Shown here piece by piece: positions 37,298 through 46,137 of a stretch of DNA of 64,000 nt. The stretch lies in contig JAPOVP010000189.1 of assembly GCA_026708085.1 (NCBI GenBank), forward strand, positions 13,834 through 77,833, in the 5' to 3' direction. Both the position numbers and the translations under genes were made by a program. The DNA comes from Caldilineaceae bacterium. Its GTDB lineage: Bacteria > Chloroflexota > Anaerolineae > Caldilineales > Caldilineaceae. The notes beneath the pieces are model-generated. The model had not been told where the DNA came from and made no database searches. It saw only the letters and a program-made list of their open reading frames with translations. The first letter of the stretch is position 1. Each line of letters opens with the position of its first letter.

Positions 37298-40200
37298 TCA
37301 CTGCCTTTCCTCCCATTCGCTTCGCCGCCAGTCCGCCAGACGCAGCAGCGCCTCCAGCCATGCCAGACCCCACCATCCGTAACGCCGCACGAGACGCCAA
37401 TAACGCTCTGCAACGCCCGAGTCGAGACGCTCCAGACCCGTGGAACCGGACCATTGCATCCGCGCGCCGTCCATTGCAAACTCGGAATCCACGCTCGCTG
37501 CATCCTGCACCACCGGCGCAAACGGGCGGCAATAGCCGTGATGACTGGCGATCAGGTGGAGCGTCAAGTCACACAGTTCCGGCTTATTGGGCAACAGACT
37601 GGCGGCGCTCTCTGCCAGTCGAACAGACAGCAGCTCGTGGCGGCCGCCCCTTGGATATTCTGCCTTTTTCTGGCCCCTGCCAAACGCTTGCCCTTTCGGC
37701 ATTTGGCCGGACTTTGCCAGATGCGCGCCACCCATCCAGAGGTGGCTGCCTTGCAACAGCGCCTGAAAGCGCGGGTCCGCCTTCCCTACGTCGTGAAGAA
37801 GACCGGCACGCGCCACGGCATCGGCCAGATCGTCCGTCAGCCCGCACCCTTCTGCATAACGCCGCACGAACGATTCCACCCCGCGCAGATGGTCTTCCAA
37901 CCGGATGGGGCGCCCGTCGCTATCGGATATGCTCGATGCGCTGGCGTCATCCTCATCCGAAAATGTATCGGCATCCCCCATGAGCTCGGGTATGCGGCGG
38001 TTTCCGGCAATGACGAGATGGCTGTCACCCACAATTCGATACGCCCGCCGCAGTTTGGCCCCGCTATATTCTGTCCTAAGTTCCCCTGCCGCTTCACCCA
38101 GCCAGCTATCTTCGGGCGCATGCACGATGAGGGTGTCCAGAATCCCTCTGAGCGTGTCAGCAACTTCAGCTTCGTCAGGATCCTGCTCGTGCTTCTGGGT
38201 TATCTCCTTCAGCAGGTCGCAAGTCTTCTCCTTGACGGCGTCTAGCTCCAGAGGCCATGCCTTTACCAGCTTCTTGTGCAGACGCAGCAACGGCCTTGCG
38301 CGCGCCAAACGGTGGGCCTGATCGCCCACATCAAGCATGTCATCCGACCCGCTGGCCTGTGGGGGAAAGTCGCCAATCTGATCGAATGAGCCTGGATGGC
38401 TTGTAGGCACTACAATGACGTCTCCGGGACGAACTTCCCTTGGGTCGGCCGTTATCTCCTTCTTCCCCGTATCTCTTACCCCCCGCCACCTGATTACTTT
38501 GTAGGCCTCATCAAGCGTCCCTTCACCGATCTGCGTATTGTCCCGCTCCCTGCCCTCCACGTCACTGCTGTCGTCATCGGCCTCTTCAGCGCGCAACCAC
38601 CTCCTGAATACGCCAATAGGAACAGGAAGCGTTTCGCTGCTGCTTGGGGGGCAGAGCTTCAAGACCTCAAGCGCGGTCGCCCTGCCATCCGGGTTCGTCA
38701 AGTCAATATCAGCGCGCCAGCAAACCTGTACGTCTGGGGCACCTTCGCGCGGCCCGTGTAGGAAAAGAGCCACGTCAGGGGAAGGGCGAGGTTTCGGCGC
38801 AGTCTGCGCCCAGCAGTCGACATGGGCCGGCAGCATGACCGGAGCGTCCAGGGACGGGGCATTCAGCGTGTCCAGGGATTCAATCGTTGACAGTGTGCGA
38901 TCCAGAGATGCTATCCCGAAATCCACCTCGCCGTTCCCGTCACTGATCTCCTGCAGCCAAGCCCACGTGGCGGTGAGCGCCGTTCCATAGACCGGGTCGC
39001 CCTCGTCCCCCTTCTTGAACTCGGCCTGGTCCTCGCGTACCAGGATGACTGCGCGCGAGTCGATCTCCCTTCCCATACGATTCAACCGTCCGAACCGCTG
39101 GCGCAGAGCGTCGAGACTGGCGCATTCGGTAACCAGGCCATCGAAGTCGAGGTCAGCGCCGACCTCCAGCGTCTGCGTTGCAACGACGATCATCGGCCTC
39201 TCGAGCGCACGCTGCTCAGAATGGTCGGACTGAAGCTTGTTAAGACGCTCTTCGACTACAAAATTCTTGTCGATGGGGCGCATGCGCCCTGTCAGCAGGA
39301 CAACATCAAACTCCTCCATTGCAGTCAGCAACTTGTAAGTTGCCCTGGCGGTCACAACGCGGTTGACGAATACCACTACCGCGCGCAGTTGCTCGCTCAC
39401 GAGCGCCACCGCGGCTTCAGCCAAGGCCTTGGCCAGGACATCCGTCGCACGCCTCCCCTTGGCTCCGCCAACCCTCTTCAAAATTGCTGGCTTACGCGCC
39501 AGCTGACGTATTCCAAGAGGATGGTCGGGGTCAATTCGTTCGTCAGATCTGTCTTCGAACCTGCTGCTCAGTTCCGGCGGCGGGGTCGCCGACATGACAA
39601 CAGGCTGAAAGGCGCGCGCCAGAGGAGCGTCTGCCCACTCTCTGTAGCGGCGGACAGCCTGCAGGGTCTGCAGAAACGGCTGCGCACAGTGCGCCTCATC
39701 CAGGAAGATCAGGCTGTCGTTGGCAACCAGCGCGGCGTAAACGGGCCATACGCCGGAACCGCGGCCGTACCCGCGGAACAAGAGCCGCGACCCCACCTGG
39801 TCCACCGTCGATGCAACGACGGTGGGCTGGAGAGGGTCGCGCGCCCAGGCCTCGGAACGGTACATGCCGCCCCGCAATGCGTAGGCCCGCAGCGGAGTCT
39901 CGCCTTCATACCCCGATGTCGCGCCGAAGGCGATCTGCCGCAAGTTGTCCGCTACTACCTTGAGGACCCCGTCCTCTGCTCTGCAAAGCTTCTCTGCTAC
40001 TTCTCGCGCTCTTTCGTACGCCTGGTCTACGATCACGCGGCGGTCCACGACGAAGAAAATGCGGCGCGGCGCGGTGATGACTTCGCCTCTGGCAATATGC
40101 GAAGCCTGGTTTGCCAGGGCAAACACCGCAATATCCACGCACGCAGTCTTGCCCGAAGCCGTAGGCAACGCGATCGCCTCCGGCCATTCAGCGCCGCCCG

Positions 40201-40312
40201 CGTTCCCGGACACGCTTTCCGCCAGCGCCCGCTGCCAGGCAAACGGCTCCTTGTCCCACAACGCCTGGAAAAACTGAACAAAGTCTATCGAATCGGAGCT
40301 TTTCACGTCCAT
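37298..40312 (-). CDS. cas3: Cas3 helicase with a C-terminal HD nuclease (type I-G arrangement)
   Basis: Walker A LPTASGKTA, DEAH box FLDEAHCAQ, and a C-terminal HD domain (LLHDVGKADPRFQ ... IASHHGYCRP). Start candidates are 40312, 40345 and 40369. Confidence 0.9.
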   Translation of the reverse strand: MDVKSSDSIDFVQFFQALWDKEPFAWQRALAESVSGNAGGAEWPEAIALPTASGKTACVDIAVFALANQASHIARGEVITAPRRIFFVVDRRVIVDQAYERAREVAEKLCRAEDGVLKVVADNLRQIAFGATSGYEGETPLRAYALRGGMYRSEAWARDPLQPTVVASTVDQVGSRLLFRGYGRGSGVWPVYAALVANDSLIFLDEAHCAQPFLQTLQAVRRYREWADAPLARAFQPVVMSATPPPELSSRFEDRSDERIDPDHPLGIRQLARKPAILKRVGGAKGRRATDVLAKALAEAAVALVSEQLRAVVVFVNRVVTARATYKLLTAMEEFDVVLLTGRMRPIDKNFVVEERLNKLQSDHSEQRALERPMIVVATQTLEVGADLDFDGLVTECASLDALRQRFGRLNRMGREIDSRAVILVREDQAEFKKGDEGDPVYGTALTATWAWLQEISDGNGEVDFGIASLDRTLSTIESLDTLNAPSLDAPVMLPAHVDCWAQTAPKPRPSPDVALFLHGPREGAPDVQVCWRADIDLTNPDGRATALEVLKLCPPSSSETLPVPIGVFRRWLRAEEADDDSSDVEGRERDNTQIGEGTLDEAYKVIRWRGVRDTGKKEITADPREVRPGDVIVVPTSHPGSFDQIGDFPPQASGSDDMLDVGDQAHRLARARPLLRLHKKLVKAWPLELDAVKEKTCDLLKEITQKHEQDPDEAEVADTLRGILDTLIVHAPEDSWLGEAAGELRTEYSGAKLRRAYRIVGDSHLVIAGNRRIPELMGDADTFSDEDDASASSISDSDGRPIRLEDHLRGVESFVRRYAEGCGLTDDLADAVARAGLLHDVGKADPRFQALLQGSHLWMGGAHLAKSGQMPKGQAFGRGQKKAEYPRGGRHELLSVRLAESAASLLPNKPELCDLTLHLIASHHGYCRPFAPVVQDAASVDSEFAMDGARMQWSGSTGLERLDSGVAERYWRLVRRYGWWGLAWLEALLRLADWRRSEWEERQ

Positions 40313-40316
40313 CTCC

Positions 40317-41903
40317 TCAACTCTCCATTGGCCGGCACAGCCCATAGCCCCGAAACCGTCCCGCCCCAACAGTGACCGGTCCCCGCACCGGCTTCTCGAA
40401 GACCAGTACGGCGTGGCTGTGGCTCTGGCGTCCGCCGTCGCTCTTGCGAGTCATCTGAGGGAAATCCCTCGCATGTGGCACGCCTTCGACCATCGACACC
40501 GGGTGCAGCAACACCTCGCGCGGGCGCGGCAGACCGATGTGCCCGCAGGCATCCTTCACGCTCTCTGCCGCCTGCTGCCACCTGTCCTTGCCCTTGAAAT
40601 GTCGGTTGAGGACAATCGGAGTGACGCTGGCCCAGACACGCGACGCCCGCGTCCATGTAGCGACGTCAAGATTCTTGGGCGAGCGTTCTCGGCTCTCCAG
40701 TTCGAGCTGGCATTCGAACCACTGTCCGTCAAACAGACGATGCTCGCGCGGCAGTCCCGTATCAACGCTCAGCAAAAACGTTTCCAGACAGCGTCGGGCC
40801 TCTTCCGGGTTCAACGTCTGCGGCAACGCCAGCGCCAACCCCATTACGCGGCCGTCGGCATACCGATCTCCCACAAAGGGAAGCGGCAGCAGTGCCATAT
40901 GCGGTCTGGTCGTCGGTGAACCACTCGCTTTGTGCCCGCTGAACCACTCTGGAGGCGGCTGCTCCGGGCAACAGCCCATCAAGACCCCGCGCAGTGCCTG
41001 TGTAAGTTTCAGCGTCGTCGGCAGCGGAACGCGCCGGCCCCCGATTGCAAGCACAACCATGTTCGGGTCGAAGACCGAGCCAGGAAGGCCGGGAGAGTCG
41101 GGCTTCGTCGGTTTCCCATAGCCCTGCCAGCGTGTCGGCACAGGCCGCAGGCTCACGGGCGTATGCGTACCGAATCGCTCGGCAATAACGCTGTCCAGCC
41201 GCTTCTTTTCTTCTCGCATCCTTCGATCCCGTGTTCCTTTGAGCGCGTCGGAACGCGCCTTCAACTCCTCATGTTCCACGACTTGCGCTCTGTTGTAGGC
41301 CTGAGTGAGATCTGCGAGACGGCCGGACGAGAAAACCCGAAGACGGTGTACGGCGACGCCTTCAGTCGGTTCCCAGGTGGGAACAATGTCGCTATCCTCC
41401 GTTACCCATGCCTGAACGAACGACGCCGAATGCCCCACATAAGTCATCTTGGCGGCCAGTCGCTCCAGGCCGACGCGATGTCTTTCCAGTTCGCCCTCTT
41501 GCCAGACCAGATACACTTCCGGGTCATGGGGAATCGCGATGGGGAAACCTCGCGCCTGGCGGGACCGATGCTCCGGCAGCACACCCAGTCCAGCGTCTCT
41601 TAACTTTCGCAGTTCCCCGCTTTTGGGGATCCTGCGGCCGACCCTACTGTCGTTGACGGGAACATAGCTGACTACCGCTGTTCGAGTTGCGTAGCCCGAC
41701 GCGGCGATGGCGGGGGGAGGAAGCGTTTCCAACCAGCGCAACGCTCTGCCCTCTTCAGCGTCTTCACCCGTCTCGAAAAACGCGGCAGCCAGCGCCATGA
41801 AAATGCGGTCCGGATGGGGAGGCCATTCGGCCTGTTCCTTTCTCGCCCCATCCGCCGCGGCCATCGCCCAACCGTTAAGGTAACGGATTCCAAGCCCGAA
41901 CAT
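40317..41903 (-). CDS. csb2: Csb2 (Cas5-Cas6 fusion of type I-G)
   Basis: MFGLGIRYLNGWAMAAADGARKEQAEWPPHPDRIFMALAAAF is the characteristic Csb2 N-terminus. 528 aa. Confidence 0.8.
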   Translation of the reverse strand: MFGLGIRYLNGWAMAAADGARKEQAEWPPHPDRIFMALAAAFFETGEDAEEGRALRWLETLPPPAIAASGYATRTAVVSYVPVNDSRVGRRIPKSGELRKLRDAGLGVLPEHRSRQARGFPIAIPHDPEVYLVWQEGELERHRVGLERLAAKMTYVGHSASFVQAWVTEDSDIVPTWEPTEGVAVHRLRVFSSGRLADLTQAYNRAQVVEHEELKARSDALKGTRDRRMREEKKRLDSVIAERFGTHTPVSLRPVPTRWQGYGKPTKPDSPGLPGSVFDPNMVVLAIGGRRVPLPTTLKLTQALRGVLMGCCPEQPPPEWFSGHKASGSPTTRPHMALLPLPFVGDRYADGRVMGLALALPQTLNPEEARRCLETFLLSVDTGLPREHRLFDGQWFECQLELESRERSPKNLDVATWTRASRVWASVTPIVLNRHFKGKDRWQQAAESVKDACGHIGLPRPREVLLHPVSMVEGVPHARDFPQMTRKSDGGRQSHSHAVLVFEKPVRGPVTVGAGRFRGYGLCRPMES

Positions 41904-43105
41904 CAGGCCTCCTCCTCGGTCGACGCGGTCGCCAGCTCCTGGCTGCGTCTGACCAGCTCGACCAGCTCCGGCGATGGCGTCAACGCGATCTCACCTTCCC
42001 AGGGCAGTCCCTTCCCTCTTGCCTCCGTGATCGCCTCCCCCAGTATCGCGAGAGCTGTTTCGGAATCGCACTCGAACTGCTTAGGGCTCTCTCCCGGGCG
42101 GTCAAGCAACTCCCACACCGGCGCCTGCAGCGCGAAGAGCTGGCAGCGCGAGCGCAGATCCCCGTCGTTGCGCGCCAGCGCGCCGGCGGCAAGCCCCAAC
42201 GCGGCCAGCGTCGTGCGCGCGGCAACGTCGATGTCCGGCCCTGAATCAACTGCCCCGTCGAGGGGAAAGCGAAGCCGGCGCAAGGTGGACAGCGACAGCA
42301 CGGTGGTCTGCGTGGCCTTCGAAATCGTAAACCCACCACTCTCAATGCCAGGAGTGACGTTTCCATGATTCGCTTCCGACGGCTTCCCGTCCCTCCCAAG
42401 CTTCTTGCTTCCGTGATTCTGACGCAGGGTCCAATGCGGGGCGTCATCACTTTCGGATCCGTTTTCATAAAGCGGCCCTGCCCCCAAACGAATTTGCGCA
42501 GGATCAACCCGGCTGGACGTCCTTGCCCCTTCCACGGCGTCGTACCCGATAATTTCCGACACGATTGCCCGCTGGAACTTGGCTCCCATCCCTCCACGCG
42601 GCCCGGTGGAGTCCCACAAACCAAATAGGAGGGCCGTCGGACAAAGGCCGAAAAGACCAGCAGCATTTCGAATGTCTGCTGTGTCAAGGACAGCGCCCTT
42701 TGCCGACCTGCGAAAAATCATGCCGTCGATAAGGCTGTCACGGAAAAGGGCATCCGCGACCCGGTGTGGTGCTTCCAAACTGGTCACGGCAAACCGCTTG
42801 AGCAACGTATCCTGGTCGAAGCGGGTTACCAGCAACGGAAGCTGCACTCGATTGGCCCTGTGCGCTTCCAACAAGGCCAATTCCATGCGGTTTGCTTGTG
42901 ACTGTACTGAGTCCAGCAGCACGCACTGTCGCTTCTCGCCCGTATCCGGATCAATGCGTTCCTCGGTTGCGTACCTCCCGCCTTCGTAGGTTGGAGGAAA
43001 CACCTTGTCCCCCGGTCCACCGGCAGGCTGATAGTCCGTCACACACCGAAACGCGGCGGCCGTGCCACCGACGGCATCTTGCAAGGCCTGAAAGTCGATT
43101 TTCAC
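41903..43105 (-). CDS. csb1: Csb1 / Cas7 of type I-G
   Basis: QPAGGPGDKVFPPTYEGGRYATEER...VLLDSVQSQANRMELALL is the Csb1 signature. GTG start at 43105 with AAGGAGAT 7 nt upstream. Confidence 0.85.
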   Translation of the reverse strand: MKIDFQALQDAVGGTAAAFRCVTDYQPAGGPGDKVFPPTYEGGRYATEERIDPDTGEKRQCVLLDSVQSQANRMELALLEAHRANRVQLPLLVTRFDQDTLLKRFAVTSLEAPHRVADALFRDSLIDGMIFRRSAKGAVLDTADIRNAAGLFGLCPTALLFGLWDSTGPRGGMGAKFQRAIVSEIIGYDAVEGARTSSRVDPAQIRLGAGPLYENGSESDDAPHWTLRQNHGSKKLGRDGKPSEANHGNVTPGIESGGFTISKATQTTVLSLSTLRRLRFPLDGAVDSGPDIDVAARTTLAALGLAAGALARNDGDLRSRCQLFALQAPVWELLDRPGESPKQFECDSETALAILGEAITEARGKGLPWEGEIALTPSPELVELVRRSQELATASTEEEA

Positions 43106-43607
43106 TGTTCATATCTCCTTTGGATATGTGCTACACTTCGAGCAGCGAATGCAGTACTTATATCGGTCCAAACGCACTGCCGGCCCGGTGTCAGTGCTTC
43201 TTGTATTGCCTCAACCTCCCGAGCCGACGACGCGATCAAAACTGAGTCCTGGTCACAGTGCTTGTTGAGAGCCAGACGTAGAGAGCGCAATGACAAAAGG
43301 GGATTCACAACTGGCATGCTGATTGTCCTTAGGCAAGGGCCAAATCGACGACCGAAAATTGCCGGAATCTAACGGGTTCTGTCGATGTAAGCCTCTATTC
43401 GTGCGACTCTTGGCGTTATTCTCCGCCCTGAAGCCGAATCAACCAGCGCTCTGCGGAACCATGACCGTATTCGATGCGTGTACCTTGCCTGATCCGACTC
43501 GCAAACAGCCAGACAAACCGCTACGGCGAGGTTGATGGTCAACGCCCGCTGTTGAAACGTGCGTATCATGGCGAGTAAAAACTAATCTTATAACACATAT
43601 GAAAAAT

Positions 43608-43636
43608 AGAATAGCACACGGCTTGGGCCTTGTCAA
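43608..43636 (-). promoter_or_regulatory. Strong sigma70-like promoter reading toward the small ORFs and the cas operon
   Basis: On the minus strand: TTGACA (43636-43631), a 17-nt spacer, then TATTCT (43613-43608). It lies in the only AT-rich stretch upstream of csb1. Confidence 0.55.
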
Positions 43637-43685
43637 TACCCAAATCAAGGCAATTTCATTTTTTCTTGAACTTTCTAACTTTCAT

Positions 43686-43791
43686 GCGCCATTGAATATG
43701 CCGATCGGACTCCATTGAAGAATATGAGCTATCAGATTCTGTCGGCAAGCATCCTTCTACTCCGGGCCGCAAGGCCCGGCCCCTTTGAAAG
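43686..43791 (+). ncRNA. Degenerate mini-CRISPR (creA/CreR-like): psiR1, 36-nt psi-spacer, psiR2
   Basis: psiR1 tail at 43710-43721, CTCCATTGAAGA, matches the repeat tail at 11/12. The psi-spacer is 43722-43757. psiR2 at 43758-43791 has a perfect 7-bp stem (CCGGGCC-GCAA-GGCCCGG) at the repeat-stem position, then CCCCTTTGAAAG (8/12 to the repeat tail). Confidence 0.6.
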
Positions 43792-44088
43792 GCCGTAGAT
43801 CATCCGCGTCTCACCGGCTTCCTGCCGTGCGCGGGGCCGAGTGGTGACCGAGATTGGCGCGACGGTGGGATCAGTCGGCTCAGCTGCCGTACCGGGCCGC
43901 CTTCGAATTCAAGCTTGGAACTGGTCGGGGAGTGCCCCCCTGTTAGAAAACGCCCTGTACGCTTCTCATCCTATCAGCGCGCCGTCAGTGCTCATCCGCT
44001 TGGGCAACGCCAACGCCCAGGCCCCACAATGCCGGCCCTCTATGAAAAATTGGAGGCCGCCACCGTGGTCCAAAACGATCCCATTTTC

Positions 44089-44390
44089 AAAAAAAATTCG
44101 TTCAGCGCCGACGCATGACGGCGCTACCACCAATGCCGCAACGCGCATCCATTTTCAAAGGACCACACAAACGCACATCCCCCTACAGCCGCCAACCCAC
44201 ACCAAGCAGCGAAAGAACAGCCGTCACCGAGACGATGCGGCCTGCACCGCGGCACTGAACTGTCACGGCCGGTACGGCTGCCACTCGGAGAGACGCTCCT
44301 GCTGCACTGCCGGTGAATGACGACATATCGGTTCGAGTCAGGAGCACCGATGTAACCCGGTACCCGACCGGCACTGGATATGTGTTCTGA
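44089..44390 (-). repeat. Non-coding paralogous element, copy C1
   Basis: Shares blocks with 49826-50090: AAAAAAAATTC..TCAGCGCCGAC, AATGCCGC, CGGTTCGA, GTACCCGACCGGCA. On the minus strand it ends in a T8 run. Confidence 0.6.
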
Positions 44391-44664
44391 TCTTAACGGT
44401 CCAGCCGGCGGCGACGTGCCTGGTGCCGGCAAGCGCCACACCGCCGCACTTCAGCCTGCTCCCTACTGTCTTCTGGACAGAGCCCGGTCTTGACTCTCTT
44501 GAAGCCGCTCAATTCGTGCCCGCCGCCGGGCGGCGAGAGATTGGCAGCTGACAAGAGATTGCAAAGGGGACGTACCGCCCGCTGATGAGACAGAAGGGTT
44601 GTGAGTCTCAGACCATCGCGCCAGGTTGCGCGTGTGCTCACTGCAAGAGTCGAAGGATAGAGCG

Positions 44665-44901
44665 ATGAACAGCAGAATTTCTATCCGCCCTGAAATATGT
44701 CACGGTCAGGCCTGCATAAGCGGGACGCGCATCCCTGTCTATCAGCTCCTTCGCATGCTTGCCTGTGGTGACTGCATCGAAGACCTGCTTAGGGAATACC
44801 CCTCTGTGACACGCGCAGATATCCTTGCCTGTTTCGACTATGCAGCCTCCCTGGCCGAAGAGCAGGTGACGCCGCTTGAGACCTTGATCGACGAGAGATG
44901 A
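44665..44901 (+). CDS. DUF433 antitoxin-like protein
   Basis: MNSRISIRPEICHGQACISGTRIPVYQLLRML...YPSVTRADILACFDYA. GAAGGA lies 7 nt upstream of the ATG. Confidence 0.75.
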   Translation: MNSRISIRPEICHGQACISGTRIPVYQLLRMLACGDCIEDLLREYPSVTRADILACFDYAASLAEEQVTPLETLIDER

Positions 44902-45248
44902 GGACCTCCGTCAACGAAAACAGCCTACTCATGACCGTCGACGCGCTTCGTGCCCTGGGGCGCGACGTCCGCGGCACGCCCAATGAAGGGTCGCGGGACG
45001 ACACGCTGTAGGAGGTGGCGCAGCGGGAAGAGCGCCTCTTGATTACCACAGACAAAGGCTTTGCCTTCTACCTCACGGGGCCGAATCATGGGGTCCGCAT
45101 CATACAGTTGCGGCAACCCACCAGACGCAGAATTCACCGGCGCATCATGCAGGCGCTGGAACGGTTTTCCGACACGGAATGGCCCGGCTTGCTGGTGGTC
45201 ATGCGCGGCACGACGCAGAGCGCCTGGCAGGGACGGGAGCGTCTGTGA
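44898..45248 (+). pseudogene. DUF5615 (PIN-like) toxin gene interrupted by an in-frame TAG
   Basis: Its ATG overlaps the DUF433 stop (ATGA). Codon 38 is TAG (45009-45011). The same frame continues EVAQREERLLITTDKGFAFYL... Confidence 0.6.
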
Positions 45249-45500
45249 ACCGGGCATTGTCAGAGGAAGGAAGACGAAATATGCGCCAATGGGGTTGTGG
45301 GAGTTCACGGCCGGGTTGCCGGCGCTTGATGAACGCTCGCATCAACAACCCTGGGAAGGCCCGTCGGTTTTCCCGCTTTGCAGCCGTGGATGGGACTGGC
45401 CGGCTTGTGCGCCGCGAACACCGGACGCAACTCCGATCCCAGCCCTAACCGGCCGAAAACCGGCAAAAGCCACATTCTCGGCGGCCGCGCCGACGCTAAG

Positions 45501-45612
45501 ACGCCGCAGGAGCCGTTCTAAGCCGCCTTTTCAGAGGCTCAGATACCGGAGGCCTTGCCGTTCCGCAGCGGCAGCCACGCCCGGCCCAGTGAGCGTGGGA
45601 GAGGAATCAGAC
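45501..45612 (+). repeat. ~112-bp repeat element, copy E2
   Basis: See 30984-31095. Confidence 0.75.
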
Positions 45613-45780
45613 CCAACCGCTAGTAAAAGACCTGCCAGAAACATATCCGCGCCGGCACCATGGCACAGACGACTGCCCTAACCTTCACTTGACGAAACCG
45701 ACATAACAGAAATCACGAAAGCGTTTCGATCCGGCTCTCCAGAACAGAAGAAGCATTTACGGGCCCAGATCGAAATTCTT

Positions 45781-46137
45781 TTGGAAAAGGAGGAGATCAG
45801 AGTCCCTCAGGTGATCTCGGACTGGAACTTTACAGTACCGGATCGTGAGTGGTTGATCCCCGATTGGCTGCCGGCTGGACGCATCGGGCTGCTTACCGGT
45901 GAAGGCGAAAAAGGCAAGAGTCTGCTGGCATTGCAACTGGCCGCGCACATGGCAGCCGGCGGTGGCCTCTGGCTGGGACGCGGCATCAAAGAGGTCATGC
46001 CTCCAGTGTCAGACGGAGTCGTCGTCATAGCCCACTGGGAAGACGAAGCGGAGGAGATCAGGCGGCGGCTCGGATGGATAGAGGCTCTAGAGAAACCCGA
46101 TGCCGCAGGGAGTCCAATAACAGAGCGCGTAAAATAG
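45781..46137 (+). pseudogene. N-terminal fragment of a RepA/AAA_25-type RecA-like ATPase
   Basis: DWLPAGRIGLLTGEGEKGKSLLALQLAAHMAAGG is a Walker A motif. The ORF stops after 118 aa, well before the usual length. Confidence 0.5.

Noticed and set aside
43121-43157. A second possible pseudo-spacer target on the + strand, just upstream of the csb1 RBS. ATATGTGCTA matches psi-spacer positions 1-5 and 7-10 and is preceded by TGG.
   Set aside because: It is only a 9/10 seed match with nothing beyond position 10, and it has no T-rich PAM. It is much weaker than the 14/17 + TTC site at 43600 and may be chance, although it could be a secondary roadblock site. A third partial match overlapping the -10 box (positions 4-11) lacks the PAM-proximal bases and was also set aside.
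43366-43390. An 8-nt identity (TTCTGTCG, then AAGC after an indel) between the middle of the pseudo-spacer and the leader region.
   Set aside because: It lies in the PAM-distal middle of the spacer, needs an indel, and an 8-mer hit is expected by chance in this search space.
44325-44350. GGTTCGAGTC (and GGTTCGACTC at 50027), resembling a tRNA T-loop. This raised the idea of tRNA or tmRNA genes, or att sites.
   Set aside because: The flanking bases cannot form a 5-bp T-stem, and no acceptor or anticodon arms can be drawn. I treat it as part of the C1/C2 repeat instead.
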